A DNA stretch of 64,000 bases from positions 1 to 64,000 of the forward strand of contig CAVTNR010000003.1 in the NCBI GenBank assembly GCA_963736115.1. The letters run 5' to 3'. Below are positions 61,558-64,000 of the stretch, in pieces. Each line of letters starts with the position of its first letter. Positions within the stretch are counted from its first letter, which is position 1. Made by a program: the position numbers and the translations under genes. Source of the stretch: an uncultured bacterium (GTDB lineage Bacteria; Zhuqueibacterota; QNDG01; DTFT01). The notes beneath the pieces were generated by a model. The model saw nothing but the letters and a program-made list of their open reading frames with translations, was not told the origin of the DNA and did no database searches.

Positions 61558-64000
61558 ATGAGAAGGAAACCAAAAAGCGTTTCGGCCTGGCTGTGGCTGT
61601 CTCTTTCGGTTTGGACAGGGGCGGCAGGCCTGCTGGCCGGCACGACCGGCAAGATTTCAGGCGTGGTCCTGGACGCGGTCACGAAACAGCCGCTGGTCGG
61701 CGCAAACGTCATCGTGACAGGCGCGGGTATCGGCGCGGCCGTGGACCTGGACGGCTCCTATGCGATCCTGAACGTTCCGCCCGGCACGTACACCGTCCGC
61801 TTCACCATGATGGGGTACAGGCAGACCGTGATCGAGAACGCCCGGGTATCGATCGACATGACCACGGTACTGGACGGTCTCCTCAGTCCCACGGTGCTGA
61901 ACAGCGACGAGATCGTGATCATTCAGGCCGAGCGGCCCCTGGTGAAAAAGGACATGACCAGTTCGCTCGTTTCCGTGTCATCCGATGAAATCAGCAACCT
62001 GCCGGTTTCCGAGGTGAGCGAGGTGCTTGCCCTCCAGGCCGGTGTCGTGCGGTCGGACGGACTGCATATCCGGGGCGGCCGGTCGAACGAAATCGCGTAC
62101 TGGGTCGACGGCGTATCCGCCACCAATGTTTTCTCCGGCACCATGGGCGTGACGGTCGAGAACGCGGCGATCAAGGAACTGCAGGTGATCAGCGGGACCT
62201 TCAACGCCGAGTACGGGCAGGCAATGTCCGGAATCGTCAACATTATCACCAAGGAGGGGAGCGAGAAATACACCGGCCAGGTGCGCGCCTATGTCGGCGA
62301 TTATGTGAGCCCGGGCGGTAAATTCGGGGTTCTGAAGTCGGTCCGGACCGGAACGAATACGGCTACGGGGAAACCGGAGGCGGTCGGTGTCGAACAGAAC
62401 CCCCTTTCGAAATTCAATCCCGTTGCGGACGCGGAGATGAATCTCAGCGGGCCGGTGCCGGGATTCGGCCGGAAACTCACATTTTTCGCCAATGCCCGGG
62501 TTTTCTCGAACGAGGGGTATCTCTACGGCCGGGACTGGTTCAGGCCCACGGGCGCGGCCGGAGACAGCGGCCTGGTTCCGATGAGCCCCTATGAGCGGCA
62601 GAACGTCCAGGTTAAGCTGAAATACCAGGCCGGCGCCCAACTGAAATTCACGCATAATGTCTTCTGGAGCCATGACGGCCAGGACCGGGTGTACAACCAC
62701 CTCTATAAATACAATCCGTACGGCACGGCCCGTCATTTCAACGACGGGCTGACGCAGATCTTCACCATGAACCACGTTCTTTCCGAAAAGATGTTTTACG
62801 AGCTGAAACTGAGCCGTTTCGACAACACGTACAAGCAGTACGTGTACGAGAACCCGGAAGCTAAGCCCGATTATCTCGTGCGGATGACGGATGCGGGGGG
62901 CAATGCCGTCACCTTCGATCCGGTCACGGCCGCGGGCCGGGCCAGGCTCGATTCGCTGATCGCCGAGCAGGCGCCCTACTCCTACATCGTCGATCCGGAC
63001 GGCCCGGACGGGTACATCCATCATGATCAGGACCAGTCTCCGACCCCGTACAGTTTTCTGAACGACGGGATGGACCGGGATCATTTCAAGCAGAGCACCG
63101 GATACTGGCTCGGAAAACTGGACCTGACCAGCCAGGTCAACCGCATCCACCAGATCAAGGCGGGCGTGGAGATGCGCCTCTACCGGCTGTTCTTCGAACA
63201 GTTCACGCTGCGTCCGAAACTGAAGACCGAGGCGGACGAGGAAATCGTGCCGTACGAACCGGAGATCAAGCCGCTGTCGAGCATGTACCATTGGAAATAC
63301 GACCGCAAGCCGAAGGAATTCTCCGCGTATGCGCAGGACAAGATCGAGCTGAACGACCTCATCGTCAATCTCGGGCTCCGGTTCGATTATTTCAATTCGA
63401 TGGGCGTCGTCCCGGCGGATCCCTCGGATCCCAACATCTATTACCCGTTCAAGGACGCGCACATCTACCGGAATCCGGACGCGCCCGATTCTCTGCGGGT
63501 GGAATACACGCCGGACGAGCGGCGCGCCTTCATGCATAAAAAGGCGGGTTCCAAGACCCAGGTCAGCCCGAGACTGGGCATCGCGTATCCGGTCACGGAC
63601 CGGGGCGTCATCCATTTCTCCTACGGTCATTTCTTCCAGATCCCGACGTTCAATTATCTGTACGACCGGCCGGATTTCAAGATCGACCCCTCGACCACCC
63701 GCGTCATCATGGGCAACGCGGATCTGAAACCCCAGCGGACCGTCCAGTACGAAATCGGCCTGCAGCAGCAGGTATCGGACAATATCGGAATGGACGTGAC
63801 GGTTTTCTATCGGGATGTGCGCGACTGGGTCAGCACCAGCGCGATGATCGTCACGCCCATGCCCGGCGTGGAATATGCCCGGTGGGAGAACAAGGACTAC
63901 TCCAATGTCCGCGGGGTTACGGTGGGCGTATCCAAACGGTTCTCGAACCGTTTTTCGGCCGAGCTGGATTATTATTACCAGGTGGCTGAAGGCACCTATT
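61558..64000 (+). CDS. TonB-dependent outer-membrane receptor, truncated by the window end
   Basis: Read by hand because no stop is in the window: MRRKPKSV..LLAGTTGKISGVVLD..PLVGANV (CarboxypepD_reg-like), plug LHIRGGRSNEIAYWVDG, VISGTFNAEYGQAMSGIVNIITKEG, then SAYAQDKIE, NLGLRFDYF, SPRLG and GNADLKPQRT. Confidence 0.93.
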   Translation, partial: MRRKPKSVSAWLWLSLSVWTGAAGLLAGTTGKISGVVLDAVTKQPLVGANVIVTGAGIGAAVDLDGSYAILNVPPGTYTVRFTMMGYRQTVIENARVSIDMTTVLDGLLSPTVLNSDEIVIIQAERPLVKKDMTSSLVSVSSDEISNLPVSEVSEVLALQAGVVRSDGLHIRGGRSNEIAYWVDGVSATNVFSGTMGVTVENAAIKELQVISGTFNAEYGQAMSGIVNIITKEGSEKYTGQVRAYVGDYVSPGGKFGVLKSVRTGTNTATGKPEAVGVEQNPLSKFNPVADAEMNLSGPVPGFGRKLTFFANARVFSNEGYLYGRDWFRPTGAAGDSGLVPMSPYERQNVQVKLKYQAGAQLKFTHNVFWSHDGQDRVYNHLYKYNPYGTARHFNDGLTQIFTMNHVLSEKMFYELKLSRFDNTYKQYVYENPEAKPDYLVRMTDAGGNAVTFDPVTAAGRARLDSLIAEQAPYSYIVDPDGPDGYIHHDQDQSPTPYSFLNDGMDRDHFKQSTGYWLGKLDLTSQVNRIHQIKAGVEMRLYRLFFEQFTLRPKLKTEADEEIVPYEPEIKPLSSMYHWKYDRKPKEFSAYAQDKIELNDLIVNLGLRFDYFNSMGVVPADPSDPNIYYPFKDAHIYRNPDAPDSLRVEYTPDERRAFMHKKAGSKTQVSPRLGIAYPVTDRGVIHFSYGHFFQIPTFNYLYDRPDFKIDPSTTRVIMGNADLKPQRTVQYEIGLQQQVSDNIGMDVTVFYRDVRDWVSTSAMIVTPMPGVEYARWENKDYSNVRGVTVGVSKRFSNRFSAELDYYYQVAEGTY

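Overview
Most of this window (about 4040-64000) is the replication-origin region of a GC-rich, diderm FCB-group bacterium outside Bacteroidota. A KSB1/Calditrichota-like lineage is inferred from SprA, the HTCS/TonB receptor pair, the SurA triplet and canonical sigma70 promoters. The left arm (minus strand) carries thiL, yjbQ, an envelope cluster (GATase-like protein, TPR, DUF4175, DUF4159), three PpiC PPIases, mfd, rsmG, mnmG (one frameshift), mnmE, a PIN toxin-antitoxin pair, yidC-yidD-rnpA-rpmH and lptFG. The right arm (plus strand) carries sprA, rsmI, a PIP-synthase-like gene, panD, ino1, a MATE transporter, ctpA, ppdK, dnaA-(oriC)-dnaN-dciA-gyrB-gyrA, archease, two conserved proteins, a hybrid two-component regulator and a truncated TonB-dependent receptor. 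Three parS palindromes lie around mnmE/mnmG. The first 4 kb are frameshift-rich, Chloroflexota-like DNA joined through a 5-bp microhomology to a truncated ftsE-like gene, probably an assembly chimera. The most unusual signal is a nested set of non-coding hairpin elements in six intergenic spacers. Two host families (X and W, 150-210 bp) receive about 45-bp mini-elements (Y1, Y2) inserted at precise, repeated positions in the host hairpins, and no transposase is present in the window. All calls are from reading the sequence; no searches were run.
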